Source: an uncultured virus (IMG/VR IMGVR_UViG_3300045284_000273) (lineage: Duplodnaviria > Heunggongvirae > Uroviricota > Caudoviricetes). Taken from it: 55,491 bases of DNA. Of this stretch, positions 37,121 to 46,840 are shown piece by piece. Both the position numbers and the translations under genes were made by a program. A model generated the notes under the pieces. The model was given only the letters and a program-made list of their open reading frames with translations. It was not told where the DNA came from and did no database searches. The DNA is taken from IMG/VR virus record IMGVR_UViG_3300045284_000273. One strand, written 5' to 3'. Numbering within the stretch: position 1 is the first letter of the stretch; each line of letters starts with the position of its first letter.

Positions 37121-39737
37121 GGCCGACGCCACTGGCAGTGCGCGTATGAACATGCCCTCACTGGGCACCGGATTCAACGTCAGCGTTCCCGAAGTCGAGT
37201 CCACCACCACTGCGATCAACGCACTGGCTGGCTCGCTGTCGGCGTTGAAGGCAACGATCGGCCTGTTCTCGGCCAACCCGATGATGGCCACCGGCCTCAA
37301 CAGCATGCTGCGCAGCATCCGCAGCGAGGCCACCCAGACCAAGAGCGCGCTGGCCGGGATCATGAGCGGCGGTGGTGGTGCACCAGTCGGCGGCGGTGGC
37401 TTCTCAGGCGGTGTGCCAGCAGCCAGCGGTGGTGGTGGAGGCGATTGGCTGTCCAGCGCCACAGCACAGGCCCGTGAGGGCGGTATCGCTGCCGGTGCAT
37501 ACCTGGGTACCGACAAGCAGGAGAGCTTGCTGAAGGCGACGGCGATGACGCCGCTGCGGTTCCTGCGGGACACGATCAACACCAACCGCGGCAACGTGCT
37601 CGCTGCCTCCACCTCGTTGGGCCTGACCGCGCGTCAGCAGAACACATCCATCGAGAGCATGTTGGGAACGATGGCCCGTTTCCCCGGCTCGATCTACGGC
37701 AACCCGTCCGAACTCATCAGCCTCTTCCAGAACGCCCCTCGCTACGGTGCGGCGTACAACTTCGGTGGCCAGGAGGGCGGCCAGGGTGTGCGAGCCGCTG
37801 GCTTCTTCCAGGGTGTCCGGCAGGCTCAGCAACTCAACCCCGGTGCCAACGTGCAAGACATCGCCTCGATGATCGGCGGCTTCGCTGGTAACACAGCAGC
37901 GCAACGCCAGGGCCAGATGCTGACAGGCGGTGCCTACTCGATGATCGCCGTAGGTGGTCGGCAGAAGTCGCTCTCGGAGTGGGCCGACTCGATTCTCAAG
38001 TGGTTGAAGGACCTGCGCCCAGGAGCCAACAAGGGCAAGGACTTCACCTACGGCGAGTTGATGGCCCAGTACTTCCCCGGCAGCAACATCGACGCTTGGT
38101 TCGACGCCAACGCCGTGCCGCAGAACATGCGCGACTACTGGTGGACCTACGTGCTGCAGCGGGCCAGCCAGTCCAAGCCGGAGGACTTCAAGATCGGCGG
38201 TGACGAGACGAACCTCGCCCAGCGCCGGATGGAGGCGGCGACCGAGTTGACCCGCACCCAGTTCTCGATGGGCAGCAAGATGACTGGTGCGTATCTCAAC
38301 AGGGAGCAGGCCAACAAGTGGTTCAACCAAATCTTCGGTCAGGCCTCGCAGTCACTGGTCACGTCGGTGGCTGGCAGCGGTCTGGCCAGTTGGGTCAACT
38401 TCCTCCCCGATACCGTCGAGTCGTTCTTGATGCAGGGTCTGGAGAACATCGGCAAGGGCGATGTCGGAGACATTGGTGACGGCGGTTACGGCGAGTTCGG
38501 TGGCACCGGCACATCGGGCCTGAGTCAGAACATGCGCTCCAAGCTCGGGCCGATGCTGCAGGCCAACCCCAAGCTGAGGGTCACCTCGGGGCTGCGTGAC
38601 AACGCCATGCAGCGGCGGCTGAAGGGCAAGGGGTATAGCCGGGTATCGGGAGGACCTAGCGCGCACACTCGTGGGGACGCTGCTGACCTGGGGCCGCCTT
38701 CGCAGTACGGCTGGATCATGGCCAACGCCGCCAAGTTCGGACTGAAGTCCGGCAAGTCGCAGGGCGAGCCGTGGCACGTCGGTGTCGGTGATGTTGACCT
38801 CAACGAATTGATGGGCAACACCCCGATGGGCTTGCTGGGTCAATTGGGTGGGGACGGGTCAGCGGGAGGTGCGGCCACATTCATCGCCAAGTTCATCTCC
38901 TCGATCCTCGGCGGTCTGACCAGCCTCACCGGAAGCCTGCTCGGCACGTCCTCCATGGGTCCGGCATACGACCCCAACGTGTATCAGAAGATGGTGGACG
39001 CCTCTCGGGGTACCAAGCTCGGTGGTATCTCAGTAGGCGCCCCGGTGGGTACGGTTCCTGGGACTTCGACGCTCGCTCCCGGTGGCTCGATCACTTCGAC
39101 GGGCCAGTACCTCGGCGTGCGCACACCGCAGGACAAGGTGGCAGCGTTCCAATCCAGCGACGAGCACATTCGTGGCGCTGCGGTTGCTCAGGCGCTGTAC
39201 GCCGCTGGCTTCCGTGGGCAGGACCTGGCCAACATGGCGGCCATCTCCTACCGGGAGTCGCACTGGAACCCTCTGGCGTGGAACGGGCAGGGTCAGGACC
39301 GCTCGGGCGGCCTGTTGCAGATCAACCAGAAGCCCTACCTCGACAAGGGTCAGACGCCGCCGTACGGCGTGATGGACCTGCTCGATCCGTATGCCAACGC
39401 CAAGATCGCCTACGACCTGTTCAACAAGACGATCCCCAACGCTGGCGGGTACTCACCGTGGACCTACCCCGGTGAGGATTGGCGCTACAAGGTGGACTTC
39501 TCCAAGGGCACACAGGCGGTGCGTGACGCTGGCCTCGGTGATGTGGAGGCGATGGGGTATCTCAACATGATGCCCAACCGCTCACTGGGCAAGGGCGTGG
39601 TGCAGTTCAACAACACCTTCCAGATCAACGGTGGTCAGGGATCGGGAGCCGGTGGGATCGACGTGCGGCGCACGGTGACGATGCTCGCCAACCAACTGGA
39701 GGACGAGATGCAACGACGACTGGCGAGAACCAACTGA
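37110..39737 (+). CDS. tape measure protein with M15-type peptidase and lytic transglycosylase domains
   Basis: 875 aa Gly/Ala-rich; VTSGLR...SAH..GDAADL...EPWHV and AAISYRES...GLLQIN...NAKIAY...PW. Confidence 0.85.
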   Translation: MPDEADATGSARMNMPSLGTGFNVSVPEVESTTTAINALAGSLSALKATIGLFSANPMMATGLNSMLRSIRSEATQTKSALAGIMSGGGGAPVGGGGFSGGVPAASGGGGGDWLSSATAQAREGGIAAGAYLGTDKQESLLKATAMTPLRFLRDTINTNRGNVLAASTSLGLTARQQNTSIESMLGTMARFPGSIYGNPSELISLFQNAPRYGAAYNFGGQEGGQGVRAAGFFQGVRQAQQLNPGANVQDIASMIGGFAGNTAAQRQGQMLTGGAYSMIAVGGRQKSLSEWADSILKWLKDLRPGANKGKDFTYGELMAQYFPGSNIDAWFDANAVPQNMRDYWWTYVLQRASQSKPEDFKIGGDETNLAQRRMEAATELTRTQFSMGSKMTGAYLNREQANKWFNQIFGQASQSLVTSVAGSGLASWVNFLPDTVESFLMQGLENIGKGDVGDIGDGGYGEFGGTGTSGLSQNMRSKLGPMLQANPKLRVTSGLRDNAMQRRLKGKGYSRVSGGPSAHTRGDAADLGPPSQYGWIMANAAKFGLKSGKSQGEPWHVGVGDVDLNELMGNTPMGLLGQLGGDGSAGGAATFIAKFISSILGGLTSLTGSLLGTSSMGPAYDPNVYQKMVDASRGTKLGGISVGAPVGTVPGTSTLAPGGSITSTGQYLGVRTPQDKVAAFQSSDEHIRGAAVAQALYAAGFRGQDLANMAAISYRESHWNPLAWNGQGQDRSGGLLQINQKPYLDKGQTPPYGVMDLLDPYANAKIAYDLFNKTIPNAGGYSPWTYPGEDWRYKVDFSKGTQAVRDAGLGDVEAMGYLNMMPNRSLGKGVVQFNNTFQINGGQGSGAGGIDVRRTVTMLANQLEDEMQRRLARTN

Positions 39738-41365
39738 TGGCCTACAGCTACGGAATCCGCAACACCTATCGACCGTCAGCGCTCGCCCCCAATGCCTACG
39801 GTTGGTCGAGCCGTCCGCAGTACAACCGCGCCGACGTGCCGACCGGGCTGATGGACCGGCCTGCCAATCTGACTAGTGATCAGTTCCTGCAGCAGTTCGC
39901 CTACGAGTGGTTCCAGTCGAGCCAGATTCCCGCCAACTACAACTCGCCAACAGCAAACGTGACGGGCGGGGCGAATCTGACCAACCCACCATTCGCTTCC
40001 GGCGCTGCCGGTCGCCTCCACCCGCTGTTGCGTGACAGCGAAACCGGCAAGCCCGCGCGCATCCTGCGCGGCTACATCAGGCGGGCCGAGTTCAGTGCTG
40101 GCGACCAGATGACCAGAGCGCGGCTGTACTTCATGTACAACCCCGAAGTGATCACCCGTGACTACGTGTCGTATCTCAACCAGGACGCCCTCGACCCGTT
40201 CAACACCGTGTATCAGTCCGGCAACCTGGTGGCTCCCCCGAGCTACATGGACTTCAGCTTCAGCCTGTTCTTCGACCGGCAAGAAGAAGCAACGCAACCG
40301 GACCATCCGGGCGTCTTCGTGGACTATCAGTTCTTTGACCTGGTGGTTCGCAATGTCGTCCCGTCAAACCCGAATCAGACTGGTAACACACTGCCTGACA
40401 ACGGTGTGATGATGGTCAACCCTCGGGACATCACCGTGGTGTTCTCTCCGCAGTTGAGTGTGCAGGGTCGGCCGCTCAACGCCACCGTCAATTTCGAGCG
40501 ATTCACGCACCGCATGACGCCGACGAGGATGACGATCACGCTGCAGATGCGCGTCGTCTACATGGGGCCGGTCAAGGATCAGGTCGAGTACAGGAAGGAA
40601 GAGTTCCAGGCCGAGGCAGCGATCCCGATTGACGAAATCACATCACCCGATTTCGGGCTGTCGTGGAACAAGAACGACTCCGACAGTTCTGCGCTTCTGG
40701 CATCGCTCGACGCCAACGGTGGAGCGCTCGACACCATCTCACTGATCAGCGACGAGAACATGCGCTCGTTGCTCACGCAGTACACCCTCACCAAGGATGG
40801 CAACGCCAAGGCCCGACTGCAGGCACTCGCTTGGGCCTACGCTCACGTTGTCCAAGGCGGTCCTGGTACAGGTGGGTGGACCGACTACCTCGGTGCCGAT
40901 TCCGGCTCCAACCGCTACAACCTCCCCGAGTCTGCTGACTGCTCCGGCCTGGTCACCGAGTGCTACATCCGCACCGGCAGCGGAGCGGCGATGAACTGGA
41001 GTGATCACCCCGGCACTGCTGTGATACTGCAGCGGGCACAGGCCAATCCCAAGAGGCAGATACTGGTATCACTCGATACCTACAACTGGCACACGGATTT
41101 GGAGCCAGGAGACATTCTGATCCGCAACGGGCACGTTGCCTTCTTCTCCAAGTACGACGCCGGAGGCAATCTGATCACCTTCGATGCTGCCGGTCCCGGC
41201 GCATCGCCTGAGGTCGGTGAGCGCAGGATCACCGGCAAGGCCAGCTTCACGCACATGATCCGGCCGTTGCCGCTCGGTTCCGACTCGGCTGTCTCCACTA
41301 CCTCGGCGTGGAACTCCGTCATGAGCGGAGCGCTCAACGCTTCAAGCCTGTTGGGGGTGTCATGA
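39737..41365 (+). CDS. tube-initiator/baseplate protein with C-terminal NlpC/P60 domain
   Basis: F.YNPE.I, FSLFFDR; DCSGLV...PGDIL...GHVAF. Confidence 0.75.
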   Translation: MAYSYGIRNTYRPSALAPNAYGWSSRPQYNRADVPTGLMDRPANLTSDQFLQQFAYEWFQSSQIPANYNSPTANVTGGANLTNPPFASGAAGRLHPLLRDSETGKPARILRGYIRRAEFSAGDQMTRARLYFMYNPEVITRDYVSYLNQDALDPFNTVYQSGNLVAPPSYMDFSFSLFFDRQEEATQPDHPGVFVDYQFFDLVVRNVVPSNPNQTGNTLPDNGVMMVNPRDITVVFSPQLSVQGRPLNATVNFERFTHRMTPTRMTITLQMRVVYMGPVKDQVEYRKEEFQAEAAIPIDEITSPDFGLSWNKNDSDSSALLASLDANGGALDTISLISDENMRSLLTQYTLTKDGNAKARLQALAWAYAHVVQGGPGTGGWTDYLGADSGSNRYNLPESADCSGLVTECYIRTGSGAAMNWSDHPGTAVILQRAQANPKRQILVSLDTYNWHTDLEPGDILIRNGHVAFFSKYDAGGNLITFDAAGPGASPEVGERRITGKASFTHMIRPLPLGSDSAVSTTSAWNSVMSGALNASSLLGVS

Positions 41366-41697
41366 TCCCGCAAGGTTCGCGCTACGAGCTTGCCGACAAG
41401 GCCTTCGTCCAAGCGCACATCTACGACATCTACGAGAACGCCGTCTTCGAGGACACCACGCCGCCGATGCTGCGGTTCCATCTCGCCAACCGTGACGCCA
41501 CCTATCTTGTGACAACACTGCCATTGCCGCCTCCGCCACCGGCTGAGTACTACGCCAAGGACCAGGAGCACATGCCCTTTCTGGCCTTCAAGTTCATGGA
41601 GGACTCGACGCAGTGGTGGCGCATCGCTGATGCCAACCCGAACATCTGGTACCCACTCGACCTGGCGCAGGGCGCGTACATGAGGATTCCGTCTTGA
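41362..41697 (+). CDS. LysM-like baseplate protein (P2 gpX/T4 gp53-like)
   Basis: LA.KF..D...WWRIADANP......L..G..MRIP. Confidence 0.8.
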   Translation: MIPQGSRYELADKAFVQAHIYDIYENAVFEDTTPPMLRFHLANRDATYLVTTLPLPPPPPAEYYAKDQEHMPFLAFKFMEDSTQWWRIADANPNIWYPLDLAQGAYMRIPS

Positions 41698-42941
41698 CCC
41701 TCACCGACTTCTCACTCGCCTCGACCGTCTCCGATGGCCGCAACACGAGGGGGATGACGCCTATCTATCGACCGCTGCTCAACGGTGTCGAGTTCGATAT
41801 CACGGTATCGGAAGCAACGATCTCAGGGGCCGAGTACCAACACGATGTGGTGTCAATGTCATGCACGTCGGAGACGTTGAAGGACACGACCAGCTTGGCC
41901 GGATCAGCGATCAGTTTCTACTGGGGCCTGGCCCCGCGCACGGAACTGTTCAACGGATACATCAACTCGGTCACTGATGATCAGAACGCAACCGGATCAT
42001 CGGCGCTGAGTTTCACGATGTCGATCCTCGGGGCGACCAAGGACATGCAGACCGGCAACCCCCACTTCTGGGCGAACTACACCATCCCCCAGGCAGTGGA
42101 GACGCTGGCATACCGGGGTTTGCTCGGAAGTCATCGTCATGAGGACGCGCACGTCTGGCTGTCGTTGGCGCAGACCGATGAGTCCGACTGGAAGTTGGCG
42201 TGTGATCTGGCCAAGCGGCTGGGGTGGTCGATCTTCAACCGTTACGGCGTGGTGATGTGTTACAACCCGCTGCGGTTGTTCATCGAGAACGGCAGCTACG
42301 TCCAACTGGTCGCCTCGCAGTACGCCTCGACCGACTTCGCTGACTACGAGCGCGCGCTGGTCGAGTTCACGCCGATCGAGGATTCGGAGTCGAGCTACCG
42401 CAACATCGGAGCCAAGATCGCCTACTTCAACGGTGAGACAGTGCAGAGCGCCGTGCAACCGGGCAACGACTTCACGATGTACAAGTATCTCAGCAACCTG
42501 CCGGTGCGTAACGCCGAAGAGGCGGCGATCTACTGCAACATCAAGACGTACAGCAGCGATTCGTGGAGGCAACAGGCCACGGCCCGAGTGTTGGGCAACG
42601 CCAACATCTACCCCGGCATGAACGTCGATATCTACACCAGCAACCCCAAGTACTACCGGGACCGCTACAACGGCCGCTGGCTGGTGCGCGGCGTGCAGCA
42701 TCACATGGATCGCCAGACCTTCCAGACCAGGCTGCTCCTGGCCCGCCCTGACTCGACGGCGGCGATCCAGACAGCGCCGTACGTGCCCTTCTGGACGCAG
42801 GCAGGCAAGGCTCGACCGAACCTGACGCTGTTTGAGGGTCAGTGGTCATCGTCGTGGACCGACCGGCGTGTACGGGACACCTGGACTATCACAACACCAA
42901 TGGTGAAATCACCAGTGGCTGCGATTGGAAACATGCCATGA
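41694..42941 (+). CDS. baseplate hub protein (P2 gpD/T4 gp27-like)
   Basis: QTDESDW.L...LAKRLG; GN..IYPG; G.WLV..V.H. Confidence 0.75.
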   Translation: MTLTDFSLASTVSDGRNTRGMTPIYRPLLNGVEFDITVSEATISGAEYQHDVVSMSCTSETLKDTTSLAGSAISFYWGLAPRTELFNGYINSVTDDQNATGSSALSFTMSILGATKDMQTGNPHFWANYTIPQAVETLAYRGLLGSHRHEDAHVWLSLAQTDESDWKLACDLAKRLGWSIFNRYGVVMCYNPLRLFIENGSYVQLVASQYASTDFADYERALVEFTPIEDSESSYRNIGAKIAYFNGETVQSAVQPGNDFTMYKYLSNLPVRNAEEAAIYCNIKTYSSDSWRQQATARVLGNANIYPGMNVDIYTSNPKYYRDRYNGRWLVRGVQHHMDRQTFQTRLLLARPDSTAAIQTAPYVPFWTQAGKARPNLTLFEGQWSSSWTDRRVRDTWTITTPMVKSPVAAIGNMP

Positions 42942-43381
42942 AAGCCATCGACTTCCCGTTCCGCTTGGCACCTGGCGGTGCCATCGCGATGACGCCGGAC
43001 TACAACCACGTCGTCAGGGCGCAAGTGATCGACGCCCTGATGACCAACCTCGGTGAGCGGGTGTTCCGGCCTCGCTACGGCTGTGACTTCCAGTCGGCAC
43101 TGTTCGACCCGACCGACGAGCTTGTGCGCCGAGACGCCGCATCACTGATCAGCACCCGATTGCAGCAACTGGTCACTCGCTGCATTGTGCGCTCGGTGGA
43201 CGTGGCCGAGGGCAACCCCGGCACGGTCGTGATCACGGTGGTCTACCGCTGCTCGCTGTACGCCACCGACACCTCGGTCGCTGTCCCGGTGGCCTCCGAG
43301 TTCATCAACCGCCAGCACATCATCCAGAGCCAGATTGCCCCGCCGACCCCGGCGATATCACAAGGAGACGGCAGTGCCTGA
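42938..43381 (+). CDS. baseplate wedge protein (T4 gp25/gpW-like)
   Basis: FPFR...LMTNLGERVFRP.YG. Confidence 0.85.
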   Translation: MKAIDFPFRLAPGGAIAMTPDYNHVVRAQVIDALMTNLGERVFRPRYGCDFQSALFDPTDELVRRDAASLISTRLQQLVTRCIVRSVDVAEGNPGTVVITVVYRCSLYATDTSVAVPVASEFINRQHIIQSQIAPPTPAISQGDGSA

Positions 43382-45209
43382 CGTGTTCTCCACCGTCGAT
43401 GACATTGACTCCAATGTCGTCCTCGACTACACCAGCCGTGACTTCACGGCCATCCGTTCGCAACTCGTCGGCCTCGCTCGCGGCATCATGCCGGAGTGGG
43501 AGACGGTCGGAGAGGCGTCCGACTTCGGCACGCTGATCATCGAGTTGTTCGCCTACATGGGTGACGTGTTGCACTTCTACATCGACCGCACCGCGTCCGA
43601 GGCCTTCCTCGGCACGGCGATCAGACGGCAGAGCGTGCTGTACATCGCGGACATGCTCGGATACACACCTATCGGTCAGCAATCAGCGATCGTCATGCTG
43701 TACTTCAGCCTCGATCCCACAGCGCCGGACCCTGTGGAGTTACCTTCCGGCACCCGAGTTCACAACGATGCGTCCACTGCTGACGAGTTGATCATCTTCG
43801 AGACGAACGCAGCGATCACCCTCAACCCCGGCGATACCGACATATCGGTGGGTGCCACCGAGGGTGTGATGAACTACGACGTGATGATTGGTATCTCATC
43901 GGGCACGCCCAACACGGAGTTCATCATCCCCGACAAGGGTGTGGTCTACGGCACCGTGTCGATCAAGACCCGCGAGGGTCCGTCGATCATCGAGTGGACC
44001 TACATCAGTGACATCTCCCTGGCCCGTCCCACGCAGAGCGTGTTCACCACGTTCATTGACGACAACGAGTTGACACACCTCCTGTTCGGTGACCAGGCGT
44101 CGGGCCGTATCCCTCCGGTCAACGCCGAAATCTTCGTCACCTACCGGACAGGTGTCGGTGTGGAAGCCAACTCCTTGGCGGTCGGGGACCTCAAGGTGCT
44201 CGTCAGCAGCGATTCAACCGCCATGTTCGGCGTGAGCGTTACCAACCAGGAGTCCCCGGTAGGTGGCACCGACCCCGAGACGATCGACGCAATGCGCAAC
44301 AGCATCCCACGGGCCGCAGCGCGTCTCAAGAACCGCGCCATCACGCTCAATGACTATGCCGACTTGGCTCTGCAGGTCCCCGGTGTCGCCAAGAGCGTTG
44401 CTCACGGCGAGGTCTACACGATGGTCCACGTTCGCATTGCGCCAACTCAAGGCAAGGCCAACGATGAGTACATGGACCTGCTCTGCAGTCAGGTTGAGCG
44501 TTACATGCAGGACAAGATCATCGTCGGGTCCGCGGTCGATGTCGAACCGCCACATGTCGATGACCTGTGGGGCTACGTCTACATCCAACTGATGGTCCAT
44601 GTGCAGGACAGCTACAACCGTACGACGGTGCGCACGACGGTCGAGCACGCTCTCCGGCAGATGCTCAACTTCGACAACGTGGACTTCGGGACCCGAATCT
44701 CCATCGGCTCAATCTACAGAATGGCTCTCGCCGTGCAGGGCGTGGAGTGGGTCGATCTGTTCTGGCTCGATGACGCCGCCCCAAAGGGTGGTATCACAGT
44801 CAACGTCACCAACAAGGTGCTGACCACCAACGTGGCCACCTTGACCGTGGGCGCGCACGGCTTCCACGTCGGGGATCAGGTGCGGGTGGTGTTGTCTCCG
44901 GCCGACCCGGTGTTCGACGGCTATCAGACGCTCACCGCTGTGGCCGGGACGACAGTCAGCTACGCCAAGACCAACGCCAACGTGGGTACGACGGCGGCGG
45001 CTGGCACAGTCAGTTCACAGGCCTCCAACATCTGGGTCGATGACGATCAGCGAGTGATCAACGATGTGCAGCCAGGCGATCTGCTCATCCCCAAGATCAA
45101 CGACACCGTGGTGGTCGAGGCCCAAACGGACTGGCCCAACCTGAGCACCGATGAACTCACTCATGATGGGTTGTGGGTGCAAGCAGTAGGAGGTCTCCTG
45201 GGCACATGA
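43374..45209 (+). CDS. baseplate J-like wedge protein
   Basis: DYTSRDF, FGD..SGRIPP, GG.DPET, RAITLNDY. Confidence 0.9.
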   Translation: MPDVFSTVDDIDSNVVLDYTSRDFTAIRSQLVGLARGIMPEWETVGEASDFGTLIIELFAYMGDVLHFYIDRTASEAFLGTAIRRQSVLYIADMLGYTPIGQQSAIVMLYFSLDPTAPDPVELPSGTRVHNDASTADELIIFETNAAITLNPGDTDISVGATEGVMNYDVMIGISSGTPNTEFIIPDKGVVYGTVSIKTREGPSIIEWTYISDISLARPTQSVFTTFIDDNELTHLLFGDQASGRIPPVNAEIFVTYRTGVGVEANSLAVGDLKVLVSSDSTAMFGVSVTNQESPVGGTDPETIDAMRNSIPRAAARLKNRAITLNDYADLALQVPGVAKSVAHGEVYTMVHVRIAPTQGKANDEYMDLLCSQVERYMQDKIIVGSAVDVEPPHVDDLWGYVYIQLMVHVQDSYNRTTVRTTVEHALRQMLNFDNVDFGTRISIGSIYRMALAVQGVEWVDLFWLDDAAPKGGITVNVTNKVLTTNVATLTVGAHGFHVGDQVRVVLSPADPVFDGYQTLTAVAGTTVSYAKTNANVGTTAAAGTVSSQASNIWVDDDQRVINDVQPGDLLIPKINDTVVVEAQTDWPNLSTDELTHDGLWVQAVGGLLGT

Positions 45210-46840
45210 CCGATCCATGGTGGCCAACTGGCTTCGACTCCCCCGCCTTCCGCGTCAAGCGCGAAAGCATCGGCACGTCGCACGGCGGCGACTTCGTACG
45301 CGGCTCGTCCGTCACCACGCTGCCGAGCACGGCGCTGCGCTACCCGACACGTTCCATCGACATTGCCGCGCTGTCTCCGACCGCCAAGGGCCTGTTGTTC
45401 GTCAAGGCCTACAACTACGAGACGATCGAGATCATGTGGAACTGGCCGCATGCCATCGAGGACACCTGGGTCGAGCTTGCCCTGGTGCGGTCGGCGTTCG
45501 GCTGCCCCATCGAGGTCACCGAAGGCGAGACGGTGTTCCGAGCGCTGCGCACGGACTTCCCCGTCACCACCGTCGATGGTGTCGATCAGTTGCTGCCGCC
45601 ACCGATCGTCTATGACACCTTCCCGGCCTCCCTGGTCGTTGACAGCATGGGCAACCAGAGTCCTGGTATCACACCAAACGGTCATTGGTACTACTACACG
45701 CTGTTCTTCCGCACCAACCCGCAGGACTGGACGGCGTTCATGTCCGACCAGTGCCTGCTGCCCAAGAACTACGGGCACTCCAACCACCTGTGGGACGGCG
45801 TGCCGCCCTACTACCAGTGGACCGACGACAACTACCGGGTCGGCTCCGGCTTCCTGCGCCAGTTCCTGTCGGTGTTCGGCTTCGATCTGGACCGCATCCG
45901 CGGCTTCGTGGAGAGCCTGCTGGAGCTTCACCACATCGACACATCACCGATCATGTTGCTCCGGCACCTGGGAGCGAACTACGGCGTGCCCTATGAGGCA
46001 GGCATCGGGGACGTTCGATACCGGGCTTTGCTGGCCAGCACGTCGAACCTGTTGAGCATGCGCGGCACCACGCTCGGCCTGGAGCAGTTGGTCGAGACGG
46101 TCAGCAAGTACGAGTGCACCGTCACCGGAGGCACCAACCTGACACTGCTGCCGGACGACTCCAACTTCATCACCAGCACTGGCCACTGGGCACCGATCCA
46201 CCCGTCCACGGTGTTCACTACTCCGCCTCCCGCCAACTACCTAGCGTGGAACCTGGTGAACCTGACGCTCAACCCCTCGACAGTGGCCCCGCCCACAGGA
46301 GCGGTCGGCTCGATGCTGGTGGATTCCGCCGATGGCGCTGGCCTCAAGGACATCTTCATCACTGCTGGCGACGGCAAGCTGGGCACCAACGAGTTCATCC
46401 CCCTATACGCCGGTATCCCCTGCCATCCTGGGGATGCGTTCGGGCTGAGCGCCTGGGTCAAGATGGCCAAGCCCTCACCGATCACGCCGTATCTCATCCC
46501 CTTCACCGCAGACGGCCAGCCGACCAACTCTCCCGGCCCACTGGCAGGTTTGCCTACTGCTCCACCGAACACCAACTGGTTTGAAGTGCGCTCGCAGGGC
46601 ATCGTCCCGGCCAACTGCTTCTACATCGTGCCGGGGCTGTACTTCTCCGGTCGTATCAACGGCGGTGTCGGCGGTCGTTCACCGCGCATCGACGTTGCCG
46701 AGGTGATGGTCTACTCACTGGCCAGCAACGCTCCGGTAGCCTTGGTGCCTCCCGACAGGTATCTCACCATGGGCGACCCCGCCGAGAAGCTGGGGCAGAC
46801 CAAGAGCGGCTACGACGGCTTCTACATCGGAGAGCCATGA
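45206..46840 (+). CDS. baseplate/tail protein (P2 gpI-like core)
   Basis: L.QFL.VFGF.LD; L.HLG..YG; RGT..GL. Confidence 0.7.
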   Translation: MTDPWWPTGFDSPAFRVKRESIGTSHGGDFVRGSSVTTLPSTALRYPTRSIDIAALSPTAKGLLFVKAYNYETIEIMWNWPHAIEDTWVELALVRSAFGCPIEVTEGETVFRALRTDFPVTTVDGVDQLLPPPIVYDTFPASLVVDSMGNQSPGITPNGHWYYYTLFFRTNPQDWTAFMSDQCLLPKNYGHSNHLWDGVPPYYQWTDDNYRVGSGFLRQFLSVFGFDLDRIRGFVESLLELHHIDTSPIMLLRHLGANYGVPYEAGIGDVRYRALLASTSNLLSMRGTTLGLEQLVETVSKYECTVTGGTNLTLLPDDSNFITSTGHWAPIHPSTVFTTPPPANYLAWNLVNLTLNPSTVAPPTGAVGSMLVDSADGAGLKDIFITAGDGKLGTNEFIPLYAGIPCHPGDAFGLSAWVKMAKPSPITPYLIPFTADGQPTNSPGPLAGLPTAPPNTNWFEVRSQGIVPANCFYIVPGLYFSGRINGGVGGRSPRIDVAEVMVYSLASNAPVALVPPDRYLTMGDPAEKLGQTKSGYDGFYIGEP

